A DNA stretch of 64,000 nucleotides from Octopus sinensis (GCF_006345805.1 NC_043020.1:14136001-14200000); one strand, 5' to 3'; shown: positions 1-13,721, counted from the stretch's first letter. The notes: generated by a model from the letters alone, not told the origin. Made by a program: numbers and translations.

Positions 1-230
1 GCTTGATTGTGAGGAGAACTGGAAGCAAATAACAGCGTTTCAATAAGCTGATTGTTCATAAAGATCACACCCCAAGTCAAGAAGTCTAGACCGTGCCTTC
101 ACAGTGGACTGTCAGCAACTGACAATGTCTGTATTAACAGTGAGACGTGTCTATAATCAAAAAACACACATTTGAAGACGAGCAGGAAACACAAACCGAT
201 TCTCTCTCTCACACATACAATGTTTCTTTA

Positions 231-370
231 TTTTCTGTCTACTAAATTTTCTCACAGGGCATTGACCAAATCAAGGCTATAGGACAATGTGGTAGCCAAC
301 AAAATCCTCAAAGTGGAACGGAACATTTGGTTATGTGGTTTCAAAATAAACTTCTTAACCACACAGCCAT
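231..370 (-). mobile_element. Family A SINE, degenerate 5' half
   Basis: Diverged reverse complement of the family A head/core. Confidence 0.6.
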
Positions 371-840
371 GCTTGCTTATGTACACACACACAAATATAT
401 ATATCAACACATATGCAGATATATATATATACATACATACACACACACACACACATACATATACAAACATAAATGCATGCATTTTTATATATATATATAT
501 ATATACACACATACATACATATACACATATATAAATACACATACATATACAAACACATATGCATATAGATATATATATATACATACATACACATATGAAT
601 ATATATACATAAACACATGTATGCATATAAATATATACATACATATTCATATATAAACACATATGCATATAAATATACATATAAACACATATGCATATAT
701 ATATACAAACACATATGCATAAATATATATATATACACAAACACATATGCATAAATATACATATATATATATACATACATATTCACATCTAAACACATTT
801 GCATATATATATATATATATATACACATCCATACATATGA
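370..840. repeat. Compound (TA/CA)n microsatellite
   Basis: Dinucleotide runs; source of the overlapping artefactual ORFs. Confidence 0.95.
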
Positions 841-1044
841 GTGAGTGCTGAAAAGGTTCTGGCTTTAAGGACATTGCGAAAGGCCTGACTGGAGGCCCAA
901 CCTTCCAAGTTTTTACAGGGTTTAGAAAAACAGAATGACCACTGAAATAAGTATGTAAATCTGAGAGGGGAATCTCCTGAATAAAATCATAATTAACTGA
1001 TTTTCCAGTATTTTCTTTTACCCAAAGTCAAGAACTCTTGTGTG
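838..1044. mobile_element. Internally deleted mariner derivative (MITE-like)
   Basis: TIR-like gtgctgaaaaggttctggcttt, then sequence matching the reverse complement of 25801-25970 (transposase C-terminus + TIR). Confidence 0.65.
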
Positions 1045-1073
1045 TATTTATATCTATCTATCTATATATATAT

Positions 1074-1246
1074 AAAATTATATTTTCGGGGTATCTAAGA
1101 GATACCACCACGCTGGAAATAGCAGCCAAAACTCGACTCTAAAACCACATTAAATGTTCAATCAGCACCTTGTGGTTTTAAGAGTCAAGTTTTGGTTGCT
1201 ATTTCCAGCATGGTGGTATCTCTTAGATACTCTAAAATATAATTTT
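1074..1246. mobile_element. Foldback/MITE-like element
   Basis: ~75-bp near-perfect inverted arms (aaaattatattt...aaaaccac / gtggtttt...aaatataatttt) around a ~23-nt spacer. Confidence 0.75.
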
Positions 1247-1413
1247 AAATAATAATTATTACCTTTGAAGGTTTTAATTCCTATGCTGGCTACCTGATAA
1301 GATTGGTATTTAATATCGATCTCATCCTTATTTATATATATACACAAACACATATATACGTACACATGTATGTATAAAACCTTTTAGTGTATGTACATGT
1401 GTATATATATATA

Positions 1414-1790
1414 TTACTCTTTTACTTGTTTCAGTCATTTGACTGCAGCCATGCTGGAGCACCGCCTTTAATCGAGCAACTCGACCCCGGGACTTATTCT
1501 TTTGTAAGCCCAGTACTTATTCTATCAGTCTCTTTTGCCGAACCGCTAAGTAACGGGGACATAAACACACCAGCATCGGTTGTCAAGCAATGTTAGGGGG
1601 ACAAACACACACACGCATATATATATACGACAAGCTTCTTTCAGTTTCCGTCTACCAAATCCACTCACAAGGCTTTGGTCGGCCCGAGGCTATAGTAGAA
1701 GACACTTGCCCAAGGTGCCACGCAGTGGGACTGAACCCGGAACCATGTAGTTGGTAAACAAGCTACTTACCACACAGTCACTCCTGCGCC
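1414..1790 (-). mobile_element. Family A tRNA-headed CORE-like SINE, full length
   Basis: Head ggcgcaggagtggctgtgtggtaag with A/B-box-like motifs, CORE-like accttgggcaagtgtctt, internal TA tract and aagtaaaagag tail. Confidence 0.9.
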
Positions 1791-1801
1791 TATATATATA
1801 T

Positions 1802-1889
1802 ATCATCATCATCGCTTAACGTCCGCTTTCCATGCTAGCATGGGTTGGACGGTTCAACTGGGGTCTGGGAAACCCAAAGGCTGCACCAG

Positions 1890-1892
<3 letters not shown>
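1802..1892 (-). mobile_element. Family B (RTE-type 3' end, GAT tail), short 5'-truncated copy
   Basis: (cat)n + cgcttaacgtccgctttccatgctagcatggg, shared with ~9 other copies. Confidence 0.8.
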
Positions 1893-1933
<41 letters not shown>

Positions 1934-3274
1934 TATAGACAGATAGATACACATACGCATGATTTTTTTGTTTTAGCCATAGAAAGAACACTGCTTGACC
2001 CCATTCCTAGAATGATAAGTTGACAAATGTGATATAAGTAGTGTAAGGAAGAAGAATCCAGAAATATTTCCTGTGAGGTAAAAATTTCTATTTAAGTTTT
2101 GTTGTTGAAAGGAGCATCTGTGACTGTTGAAAGATGGTTTCACAGGAGGGTAAGACCAAATATATATTAAGTTATTCATGACTAACATTTCTGATTTGGA
2201 AGCCTCAACATGGTCACTTGATTTGCAAGAGTTAGGAGCCCAAGCTAAAAATCACACCCTCACCACCTTAGAAAAAGAATATGTTGGGTACCGTAGTCTG
2301 AAGTACCTTTCACAGAGGAAAAAATAAGGGGATGATAAGGTTTGATTACAGAGATAATTAATGAGAACACAGTTAGGTGGAAAACAGGTAAATTGATTGG
2401 ACTTACTATTGTTAGATCTCAGAGTGAGTTGAAGGAGAGGTGAGGTCAGCCCTCACCTTAGATGACATTAACTTTGTTTCCAAAGTTTCTAAAAACCCAG
2501 TTTAATCCTGAAGACCTAAACAGCAATTTAACACAATTTTAACATATTCATGAATTTATAAATTGATGTTTTTTCTGAGTTTAAGCTTCCTCCCCTCACA
2601 GGTTTTTATAAACCTACTATTTGGTTTTTGATACCAAGATTTTCCAAACCTACATGGCTCTTATATAGTTACACAACCTACTAGAAATAGCAGCCAAATA
2701 ACTTGTTACCTGAGGATGAACACAATATCTTGACATCACTAAAACACTGAATGTTTACGTTTATGACTGGAATATTTTAATCAGAGTTGAACTGAGACAA
2801 ATTGCTGTACTTAAGGTGGGTGCTGTCATTGTGAAAAACCAATATGTGCTGGAGAAGTGTCCAAGGCTAAGAAAATGTTTTAATTATATGCTGGTCTCAT
2901 GATAAAGGCATCTCTGGCTTTTTGCCCTAAATTGGAGGTAGCCTCTATAAGATCATTCAAAAATTAAAGACGAGGTTATCACAGGTCAGCTTCTCTCAGA
3001 GCTATCTTGGCTCTTAACAACAATGAGAAAGATGTCCAGAAAACAAGACAATGTAGAACTAAAAGACTTTCAAGGATGCCTTTGAAGAAAACCTAACACT
3101 AGAGAATAAGAAAAAACAACAACACAAAAACCAGACACAAAGCCATCGACAAAGATACATGCAAATGTTATATATGTATAATGTATATATTAATCATTCC
3201 TGTGTAATAGAACATGAAAATCATTTCAAAGACCATTTTTCAATGGTCTTATACACTCCTTGTCTTAGTTTTAA

Positions 3275-3665
3275 TGGCCGTGTGGTAAGTAGCTGGCTTA
3301 CCAACCACATGGTTTCAGGTTCAGTCCCACTGTGTGGCACCTTGGGCAAGTGTCTTCTACTATAGCCTCGGGCCGACCAAAGCCTTGTGAGTGGATTTGG
3401 TAGATGGAAACTGAAAGAAGCCCGTCGTATATATGTATATATATATGTGCGTGTGTGTTAGTGCGTCTGTGTTTGCCCCCCCCCCCCCCCCACATCGCTT
3501 GACAACCGATGCTGGTGTGCTTACGTCCCCGTCACTTAGCGGTTCGGCAAAAGAGGCCAATAGAATAAGTACTAGGCTTACAAAGAATAAGTCCTGGGGG
3601 CGATTTGCCCAACTAAAGGCGGTGCTACAGCATGGCCACAGTCAAATGATTGAAACAAGTAAAAA
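3275..3665 (+). mobile_element. Family A SINE
   Basis: Colinear with other family A copies. Confidence 0.9.
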
Positions 3666-4056
3666 GAATAGAGAATATGCATGTATAATGTATGTATACT
3701 GTTAATTTCACAATATCAGACATCAAGCATTTTGGTGCAGCCAGTCTAGAAACCTAAATCTGTGGTCTACATCTCAATAAGACAACCACCTCCAACATTA
3801 TAAGGACAATGTTGATTAATGTGTATGATAGGGTGAAAAGAAATCTAGTCGGTGAATCAAGGCAGGGTAATGGCCCATCTAATGTAGAAGTTCAGGGAGT
3901 TGATATCTTGAAGTCTTTGACCCAAGCTCAAAATTTACTGAGTAGAGAGACCTTTTAAAAACCTAAGGGTCAGTGGGAAAATTCATTTAAATAAAAAGGG
4001 TCCTGGTAAAGAAAAGGTTAGATACTACTACATTATTATACTTTTACAGACAATAA

Positions 4057-4410
4057 GCACAGGTGTGGCTGTGAGGTAAGAAGCTTGCTTCCCAATCACA
4101 TGTCCCACTGTGTGACACCTGGGTAAGTATCTTCTACTATAGCCTTGGGAGTGGATTTTGGTAGAGGGAAACTGAAAGAAGACCATTATAAATATATAAA
4201 GGTGTGTCTGTGTTTGTCCCCCACCACTGCTTGACAACCAGTGTTAGTGTGTTTATGTCCCCATAACTTAGCATTTCGGCAAAAGAAACCAATAGAATAA
4301 GTACTAGGCTTTTAAAAAATAAGTGCTGGGGTTGATTTGATTGACTAAAACCCTTCAAGGTTGTACCCTAGCATGGCCACAGTTAATGACAGAAACAAGT
4401 AAAAGATAAA
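4057..4410 (+). mobile_element. Family A SINE, diverged
   Basis: Colinear with family A, with internal deletions. Confidence 0.8.
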
Positions 4411-4514
4411 AACAAATTCTAAACATCTTACAGAAATGTAATTGCTGAAATTTTTGCCTCAAAATCATTAATGATAGAATAATCAACTGGAAATCTGTAA
4501 TAAAAGCTGATTAA

Positions 4515-4726
4515 CCCTTTCGTTACCAACCCGGCTCTGGCTCTTTAGTACAAATGTCTGGTTTTCAAAAGTTCTGAATTAAAATCTTCCACCAAACCCT
4601 GAGTCATAATTTATGTCCCTAACTCTAGCTTAATGATAACTAAGTTATTTTACTTAATTCTTTGTTATATTTAAAATAATTGGAAGAAACACTGAGCATC
4701 TCAAAATAAATTCAGTAACGAAAGGG
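4515..4726. mobile_element. piggyBac-type MITE (family P1)
   Basis: TTAA|CCCTTTCGTTAC...GTAACGAAAGGG|TTAA; related copies at 39554 and 50920. Confidence 0.9.
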
Positions 4727-5177
4727 TTAATTAAATCACCATTATTCTCCAATTACCTCACATTACTTTGTTTCATCCTTCAACCTTTTATTTCCATTGG
4801 CCTTAGACTGAATCTAATATTCCTATGGTAGCTAAACTCTCTTCTATACATCACTAAAAAATGTAAGAATCGGGAAGAGAAAGAAACAGAGAGCAGGGGC
4901 CAGACTTCTGCAAGGCACAGCTAAGGCAATTAGCTCAGAATATAAAAACTAATGCAAGACAGAAAGAAATTTTGTTCTGACATATCAGTCTTTAGTGCAG
5001 GTGGCACAATAACACACAGGCAGTCCACATGAAAGTGGTTGGCAAAAGAAACGGCATCCAGCCTTTAATAAAAAACAAAGGATTAGCAGCTTTATTTGTT
5101 GTGTGTGTCTGATGGAGAAAGACCATGAGAAAACAGATACGAAAACAATAATGAAATAGATTTATAAAATTCACACA

Positions 5178-5565
5178 GGCGCAGGAGTGGCTGTGTGGTA
5201 AGTAGCTTGCTTACCAACCACATGGTTCCGGGTTCAGTCCCACTGCGTGGCACCTTGGGCAAGTGTCTTCTACCATAGCCTCGGGCTGACCAAAGCCTTG
5301 TGAGTGGATTTGGTAGACGGAAACTGAAAGAAGCCCGTCGTATATATGTATATATATATATATGCGTGTGTTTGTCCCCCTAGCATTGCTTGACAACCGA
5401 TGCTGGTGTATTTATGTCCCCGTTACTTAGCGGTTCGGCAAAAGAAACCGATAGAATAAGTACTGGGCTTACAAAAGAATAAGTCCCGGGGTCGAGTTGC
5501 TCAATTAAGGGCGGTGCTCCAGCATGGCGCAGTCAAATGACTGAAACAAGTAAAAGAGTAAAGAG
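5178..5565 (+). mobile_element. Family A SINE, full length
   Basis: Complete head to tail. Confidence 0.9.
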
Positions 5566-5989
5566 CAAACCTATTACAGTACTAACTTCATTTGTTATAC
5601 TTCTTTGCGTCCTCATTATTGTAGCCATGAATCTTTTAAACTTAAAAGAATAAGTCCCGGGGTCGAGTTGCTCAATTAAGGGCGGTGCTCCAGCATGGCG
5701 CAGTCAAATGACTGAAACAAGTAAAAGAGTAAAGAGCAAACCTATTACAGTACTAACTTCATTTGTTATACTTCTTTGCGTCCTCATTATTGTAGCCATG
5801 AATCTTTTAAACTTAAAAGAATAAGTCCCGGGGTCGAGTTGCTCAATTAAGGGCGGTGCTCCAGCATGGCGCAGTCAAATGACTGAAACAAGTAAAAGAG
5901 TAAAGAGCAAACCTATTACAGTACTAACTTCATTTGTTATACTTCTTTGCGTCCTCATTATTGTAGCCATGAATCTTTTAAACTTAAAA
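5473..5989 (+). repeat. Triple tandem repeat, 171-bp unit (SINE 3' end + unique flank)
   Basis: gaataagtcccgggg at 5477, 5648 and 5819; units appear identical. Confidence 0.95.
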
Positions 5990-6480
5990 ATTTATGAAGA
6001 TGTCCTTTAGCTAATGTTCCCACATTAGATCTGCCATAAGAATACATATATAAACAATATTATCAAAGTATACACAAGACTGGGTTCCGTAGTCACTCAA
6101 GCTTAGCAAGAACAAAAGTTGAAGACTCTGTAAACTTAGAAAATAGAATGAGAAATATGTTGATGGGTATCAATAGTAGATATTATATGTGTAATATAAT
6201 AATCTATTATAAGTGTAATATTATAATAATCTATTATATCTACTATTGATGGGTATCAATAGTAGATATTATGTGTAATATTAGTAGATATTATATGTGC
6301 ATTTGTGGAATGAGATGATGTAGCTCAGAAGATTTTACTAAAGAAACAAGATAGGGAAGATGTCTGATTTAAAAGAAATTCTTCACAGCAAACTTTCCTC
6401 TATGGTTACACTCCTTTCAACTCTGAAAAGCCATCAAAAGTAATCCCACATATGCAATATGAGCACAGAAAAATACCGAG

Positions 6481-6715
6481 GAAAGGTCAATCAGTAAATC
6501 CAGTCCAATGGATGTGCTTTTGACTGAAATATATGGGAAATGCCATTAAAACTAAGACATATCTTACAGGAGTGTTATGAGACTATTGAAAAATTGACTA
6601 GGAAAAGTCAATCAGTAAATCCAGTCCAATGGATGTGCTTTTGACTGAAATATATGGGAAATGCCATTAAAACTAAGACATATCTTACAGGAGTGTTATG
6701 AGACTATTGAAAAAT
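6481..6715 (+). repeat. Tandem duplication, 121-bp period
   Basis: gtcaatcagtaaatccagtcc...gagactattgaaaaat occurs twice. Confidence 0.9.
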
Positions 6716-6807
6716 GGTCTTTGAAATGATTTTCACGTTCTATTACACAAGAATGAGGATTAATATATAGAACTCTAAGAACTCATCTCATTATTAAATC
6801 AATTATT

Positions 6808-7025
6808 AAGGTGATGAGCTGACAGAATCGTTAGCATGCTGAGCAAAATGTTTACTGGCATTTTGTTCATTTTTATGTTCTGAGTTCTAATTCCACTGAG
6901 ATCGATTTTACCTTTTGTCTTTTTGGGGTTGATGAAATAAGTACCAGTTGAGCACAGGGGTTGATGTAATTGGCACCCACCACCACTGAAATTACTGGGC
7001 TTGTGCCAAAATTTGAAACCAATAT
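6808..7025 (+). mobile_element. Family D tRNA-headed SINE, diverged
   Basis: Diverged match to 27378-27607. Confidence 0.7.
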
Positions 7026-8304
7026 CAAATCAACTATTTCACAGAATCAGAACATTCAAAAGTTTTTTTTTTTTTTTTTTACTTTTTTGCTGGTTATTTG
7101 AGCAAAATTAAAAATTTATGAAGTCACCTAAACTTGAAATACCTGTTTCAGAGAATAATATCAAACAACATTCTTATCATTGCTGTGTCAAGATTTGAAC
7201 AAGACTGGTGTATAACTATTCTATTACAGCAGACAAAAGTAATCAGTAAAAATTAAATTTGTTTCATTATGTTAATTGATAAATCTATAAACATTTAAAA
7301 TTTATTTTCAAATTAACTCCTTACCTATACAAAGCCTCATGGCTAGAGAGAGAGTTAATGAAAGTGTGTGCTAACCAGCATTCCCCAATTAATACCAATG
7401 TTGTTTATTTCCTTTTAACAGTCTGCCAAAATTTATTTTAATTGATTAAAAACCAGCTGAACCAATTAAAAATCTAAATATTTGCCTTCAGTGAGCAATA
7501 TACAAAAGAACAGTATTCCCCAATCTAGATTCCATGGCATAATTAATACTAATTAATCTCTCAACCACAACAAATTTTGTTTGTTTATTTCCTTTTAACA
7601 GTTTGTCAAAATTTATTTTAATTAATTAAAAACCAGTTGAACTAATTAAAAATAAAAATCTATTAACGATCAAATGCTTTCAACCTGAGAAAGCTTCTCT
7701 TGCCACTTGAATTAACAGCCAAATCTTTCTTAAATCATGCTATCGTCTTAAAACAGTCAGGTCACATTAATGATGGCTGTATCATATTTTTGAAATCACA
7801 GTCCTGGTCATATTAAACTGACCTAGGGCTACAGAACAGCCTTGTCACTAATACTGTATGAGGTCAAGACCCACCTCAGTCTTGAGTCACCATTTGACAG
7901 GGACCGAAATCTTGAGATGTAGGCTGTCATTCTGGGGATATTATTTTGGTAAAATAGTGTGTCTTTCTAAGCCATTAGATAAGGTATGTATGCCATGTAA
8001 GACAGAAACAAACATTATGCCTTTATAAGACATTGCTTTACTGACCATGCATTATGATGATGATGATGATGATGATGTGACAAAATTATTAGTCACTAAA
8101 CATTATCATATGATAGAACTGTACACAAAAGATGTTTTAATGGACATATTGCAAGAAATAGCCCTTTCCTCCACCAACACTCAACTATATGGTCATCCTG
8201 ATACTATAAGCTCCAAATAAGTTCAACACCAATTGATATGTTACCAGAGTGACCAATCAAAACATTTACCTTTAGATTATTAGAAATATTAATGAGTTAT
8301 AACA

Positions 8305-8470
8305 AGCCCCTTCAGTCATGAATGATCAAGGGATTGCACCTAGAAAGTTACCCTCTGAGGCACAAGTCTGGGCAAGGTTGTTTATGGAAGACCAGCAGTC
8401 GCCCATGCATACCAGCCTCTCCTCTCCACGCCACCAAGGGAAAGGCAAAGGCTGATACAGCTTAGCACGA
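8305..8470. mobile_element. Retroposon fragment (separate SINE/RTE-tail family)
   Basis: gccccttcagtcatgaatga...ctgatacagcttagcac, recalled as an Octopus interspersed repeat; only one copy in this window. Confidence 0.45.
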
Positions 8471-8502
8471 AATGAAGCTTCTTGCTCAATTAGAAATATT
8501 AA

Positions 8503-8676
8503 CACTTTAGGATTTAAACCAGCCCAATCTGGCCTCTCATGGCTACCCTACATCATTCTAAATATAAGCAATTATATCATTGAAATCTCAAAGCTATGAA
8601 AATAAACCATAATTAATTCAAAACAATGTGAATAAATAAGCATTGCATTTGACAGAGTAATCTGAATGCTAAAGGG
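8503..8676. mobile_element. piggyBac-type MITE (family P2), diverged
   Basis: TTAA-flanked, ends gctaaaggg|ttaa; related to 56225-56445. Confidence 0.7.
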
Positions 8677-8824
8677 TTAAATAATTATTTCTGACAAAAG
8701 AATAGAAAAAAAATTTTTTAAAGACAGCCAACTACTTGCTATACATGTGAAAGGATTTTCTTAATGTTATACAAGCTTGCAAGCAAAACTGGGAAGTGAT
8801 ATCAGATGAAAAGACAAATGAACT

Positions 8825-10084
8825 TGGAGGTAATTTAGGCTTAAAACAGAAGCTAATTAATATCCTAGCAGGTATCTAAACAACATCATTAAAGACTTCA
8901 GATGAAAGTTTAGCAACACCACTATATCAACCTCACACCTTACAGTTTATATAAAGGATATATTATTAGATAACGCAGTTCCTTATATTTGCATAAGGAA
9001 TTAATAGAACATCTTTGAACAGTTTGAGTTTAACATCAACTGTTGGCACATTTTTATTAGCTATCCCGTTTATAACAATTCCAAATTTCTGGATTAGTTT
9101 TATTGTCCAGGTAGTCTTCTTGTTCTGATCAACTCATTTTGTTACCAGCAACTTTGATCTAAGATTTAAATATTAAAATGTAGTTCCTATGCTAAAATAC
9201 AACTGGATGAAAACATATTCAAATTGCCTCATTTTATGCAAATACAATATGAAAGAATTTGTAAGATAATCTTAGAGCATGCAGAAACATGGTAAATCCA
9301 ATGTAATAGTCTATGAAGTTTATACTACTGCTACATAAGAATTTCATAGATTGATATATAAATATGGCACCAAGTCAAACACTATGACTGGAAATTCCCA
9401 AAACTATACAACATAAAATTTAAACAGTAACTCATATCTAACAGTAAAACAGACCCCAGAAAAATTCTTAACAAAGCAAAAATCACTTTACCGAAATGAG
9501 CTAAAATTAGGGCGTTAATGAAAGCCTTGTGATTAGAAACTAATTGATCATGACAGTCATATTTTTAGGCACGTGTTAACGACAAGGCTGTGAACGAATG
9601 ATTAAATCAAAAGTTGATACCAAAACCTCACTGAAAAACAGATTTGGAAATTCTAAATTGCCAGTTTTGATGTAAAATGGAAAAAAAATTGAAGTCTATT
9701 TAATTAAACTATATCTTGTATCTCAAGCTATATTTTACCTAACCAATTACAAAAATTGAGGAAAATATAAAAGCGACATTATAATCTAAGGAATAAAAAG
9801 TAGATTATTAAGATATGGAATATTCTATTACATTGACTGAGTTTTCAAGAAGAACTGAAGATTTCTAAGAACATTTCATTTTGTTAATAAAATTAACCAT
9901 ATTCCATTCCCATCAAAATGGAGGTAATTTAGGCTTAAAACAGAAGCTAATTAATATCCTAGCAGGTATCTAAACAATATCATGAAAGACTTCAGATGAA
10001 AGTTTAGCAACACCACTATATCAACTTCACACCTTACAGTTTATATAAAGGATATATTATTAGATAACACAGTTCCTTATATTT
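8825..10084 (+). repeat. Pair of 166-bp direct repeats (8825-8990 and 9919-10084)
   Basis: 4 substitutions in 166 bp, offset 1094 bp. Confidence 0.9.
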
Positions 10085-13000
10085 ATAGAATTTCAAAAGC
10101 TAAAATGATACTTGAAAGGATGACATGTAAAAAATATCGGAATAATGTTTTAAATAATAATAATATATGCCTGATTATTGTAAAAGGTGACAGGTGACAG
10201 GTAATAAACATGTTAGATCATTATTCTAAATGATGACAAGGAATAACGTTAGAGCATGTTATTACCTAAATGATGTCAGGAATATGTTGAAGTAGTGTAA
10301 GAAATTATAGGCTAAAAGAAACTCTTACCAAAAATTGCTAAGTAAAAAAAACTATGTCACAAAACAGAATCTGCCAAAAAACACATCACCTGCTTGAAAT
10401 AACATCATTAAAACCTCATCAACATTTAGCAAAGAGAGAAGATAATGGCATTTGAAAGAATAATGGAAACAATAAGAGATGGTTTCTATTATTTTAGTGA
10501 TTTTTGGACTTGAAATATGATCTGGTTTTAGATGTATTCAAGAGAATGGTAAACTTATTAACTGAAAACAGTTGACAAAGCAATTCTTAATTAGGGTTCA
10601 CAACCATTAAAGTAATTAAACAGTTGTCAGGTGAATTTGTGTGTAAGAGAATTAATGTAAGAGTTGTCCTAACATGTCCAACAGTTGTAAATGTGTCCAG
10701 CACTCCGGGCACATTTTCATTTTCTTTCAGCTAAAAATAATAATAATAATAATAAACACGTGATGAAAGATGCACAGTTTTACAACGAAAAACGTTGTCA
10801 AATTAATCTTTTTCCTTGCCCACCCCTTTTCTTTCTTTCTTTTTTTTTTTTTTAGTTTTTTTTTTTTTTTTTTCCAATTCTACAATTTTCCAAAAAAGGA
10901 AACAGGTTTTCACAGATTGGTAGAAATAAGATATTATTATTCCATAGGAATAGAATCAGTATCACTGAAGATAAACTGGTGGAATGTAAAATGAAAATCA
11001 AGATATATAAAAAAAAACTTATTTGTCAAAAGATTATGCCTGTTGATAGGAGATTTGAATTGTGTAATACGACCCAGGTAGGTAGCTCAATGATCTGACG
11101 AGTGTTAAAATATATCCATAGTGAATATATCCAGAGAGAAGAAATGAAATCGTAGCACAAACTATAATGTTGAACGTAGTGTTGCATCTAGTTTCCGTTT
11201 ATTTTCCAGGGATGAATATTCTTGCAACAAAATATCTCATTTGGGACGGGTTTATTATGTTTAAAATAGGTCTTTGAATTCACAGCTCCAATATCAATGC
11301 AATTCTTTCACACATTCTTCATGATGATCCAGCTCACAAAAGTATCATTATCTTATAAAATCTCAAACAATTGATGATCATCAACAGATTTCCCTGCATA
11401 TTCATTTACAGTCGATGGCCATCCAAATGCAGTTTACTTGGTTTATTATAACACAAGGCTTGTTTTTTTTTTTTATATCCTGTAAAACTTTTCAGTTATC
11501 AATTTACAAGATTTAAAATTAAGAATTTTTCTTCTTCACAGAAATATTTTAAAATCACTGAAGCATTTTACAACAAAATAGAAAGGAATAAAATCCAAAT
11601 TTGGAAAGTTGATTTGCCTATGATCAGGTACTCTAAGACAGTGGGAACACACACACTGTTGTTGGTCATAGGTTTCTGGTCTTAACTGTGTAATAATAAT
11701 CTCTGGTTGAATAAAGCAATATTGATAAATGAGCTGATAGATCCTCAATGCTAATCATGTGAATTTCCATCCGGACAAACATATTTTGCCATAATACATG
11801 GCTAGCCATGGGGTTTGAAATTAATGGAGGGAGAAAGGCCAAATGATTAAACAGACATTATAAAAATATTTTGGTATCACAGCCATCATTTTTAAAATTT
11901 TAAATTCTTTTAAAATAAAAGAATATAGTTTTCCCTGAATACGGCACAATTAACTTAGAAAATATTTTGTAAATATATGTAAATGCATAGGGATATAGAT
12001 CTATAGGTTTAGATCTGTATATAAATTAAATTACATATATATATATATAGATAATATATATATATATATATAGAATATATATTTATATATATATATAGAT
12101 AATATATATATATATATATACATATATATGTATATATATGTTGTAAAGATGAATATTTTGTGTAAATGTAAAATCAATGTAAATAAAAATTGCATTATAA
12201 AAATATATTTGATTTTGAAGTAATAGGAAAATAAACCTGAAAAAAATAAATCTTTTTTTTTTGGTGATAATGTTGTATCCATCGAAGTGTAACACATGAA
12301 GTTGATTGTAGACACGGCCTTCTGTTTATTTAGATAAGACGATCCAGTGGCACTGACATATAACTGGAAGGGATCACTGTCGAAGTAACAGGGGGCGGGG
12401 GACACACATACAACTTATTTAGTGTAGTCAACAGACTTAATAAAACAAAATTGCCAAGTAGATCCAGTGAATGCAAGTAAACTCCCTGAAATACACAAGT
12501 GGCAAGTAATAATACATCCAACCATGGTGCTTATCATGAATCAACAGGAGAGTTTCCAGTATTTTGCTCTAAGTAGATTTCCAACTCCATGACATTTCTG
12601 TAGCATTGGTAACTTTTACTTCAATGGAAAAAGCCAAACAATAAAGTCGAATTATCTTCAAAGTGATGCTTTCTTTCATACAAGTAGAATGATGATTCCA
12701 AATGCTTCAGTCACAAAGCATCAGTCTCAGAGTGCCAACACCATATCCATTGATTAAAACAAAACCAAACATAAGAAACTTTTGAATGAGGGACAGTGGA
12801 AGATAAGCAGTCTTCTGCTTCCAATTTATTGCAGACAGAGAAATCAGTAGTTTTGCCAGCAGCAATTAAATTAGAATTTTCCATATTGCTTTTCTTTGAT
12901 TCGTATTTGCTCTTTGTTAAAACACATATCCTACGATGGAAAATATGATCTCTGATAACAGTGCAGCAAATAGGCAGGGAGATGATTCAACGCATTAGAA

Positions 13001-13384
13001 ATTTCAGCACACAGAAATTTGCACAAGTTTATTTGTCACTATGTTTAAAAAAGATACAAGTTTGAGAAGATGCAATCAATGAAGGCACCTGCGCACTAGG
13101 CAGCTCCCGACAAAGGAAGAGAAAGACAACAATATCCACAGCTATAGCAGCAATGTAGTGCAAACACAAGGCCCCGAGAAAAGAAGTGAACACTCAAACA
13201 GTGGTTAGTGCCATTTACGGCAAAACCATAAACAATCTTCGTACAAACTGGTCAGGAAGTTAGAATGGTGAAACAAGTTTGGTACTCCAGCAATTCTCTT
13301 CTTTACGCCTCTCTGTTCAGGTAGTTAAAGGGATTAGAAGAAAGAGTTTAAACACACCTAGAAATAAATTATATACTATATACA

Positions 13385-13385
13385 G

Positions 13386-13441
<56 letters not shown>

Positions 13442-13542
13442 TATATGCATATAGATATATATATATACATATATAGATATATATATATACATATATAGAT
13501 ATATATATATATATACATATATAGATATATATATATATATAT

Positions 13543-13575
<33 letters not shown>

Positions 13576-13681
13576 TATATATATATATAATATATACTTA
13601 TCTATATATATATATATTTACAAGTTCTGTAATTATATTTCATTTTATAAGAACACACACACACACATATATATAATTCTA

Positions 13682-13721
<40 letters not shown>

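Noticed and set aside
252-874. Long ORFs rich in Y/I/C/V/H/T (also at 13.3-14.1, 30.6-31.0, 36.7-37.4, 58.9-59.7 and 62.2-63.3 kb)
   Set aside because: Translations of (TA)n/(CA)n/(TATG)n microsatellites, which lack stops in several frames.
11030-13330. Possible coding exons or pseudogene in unique sequence (e.g. a ~90-codon stop-free minus-strand frame at ~12710-12990)
   Set aside because: No recognisable domain, frequent stops in other segments and no consistent splice frame. A TBLASTN/BLASTX search would be needed.
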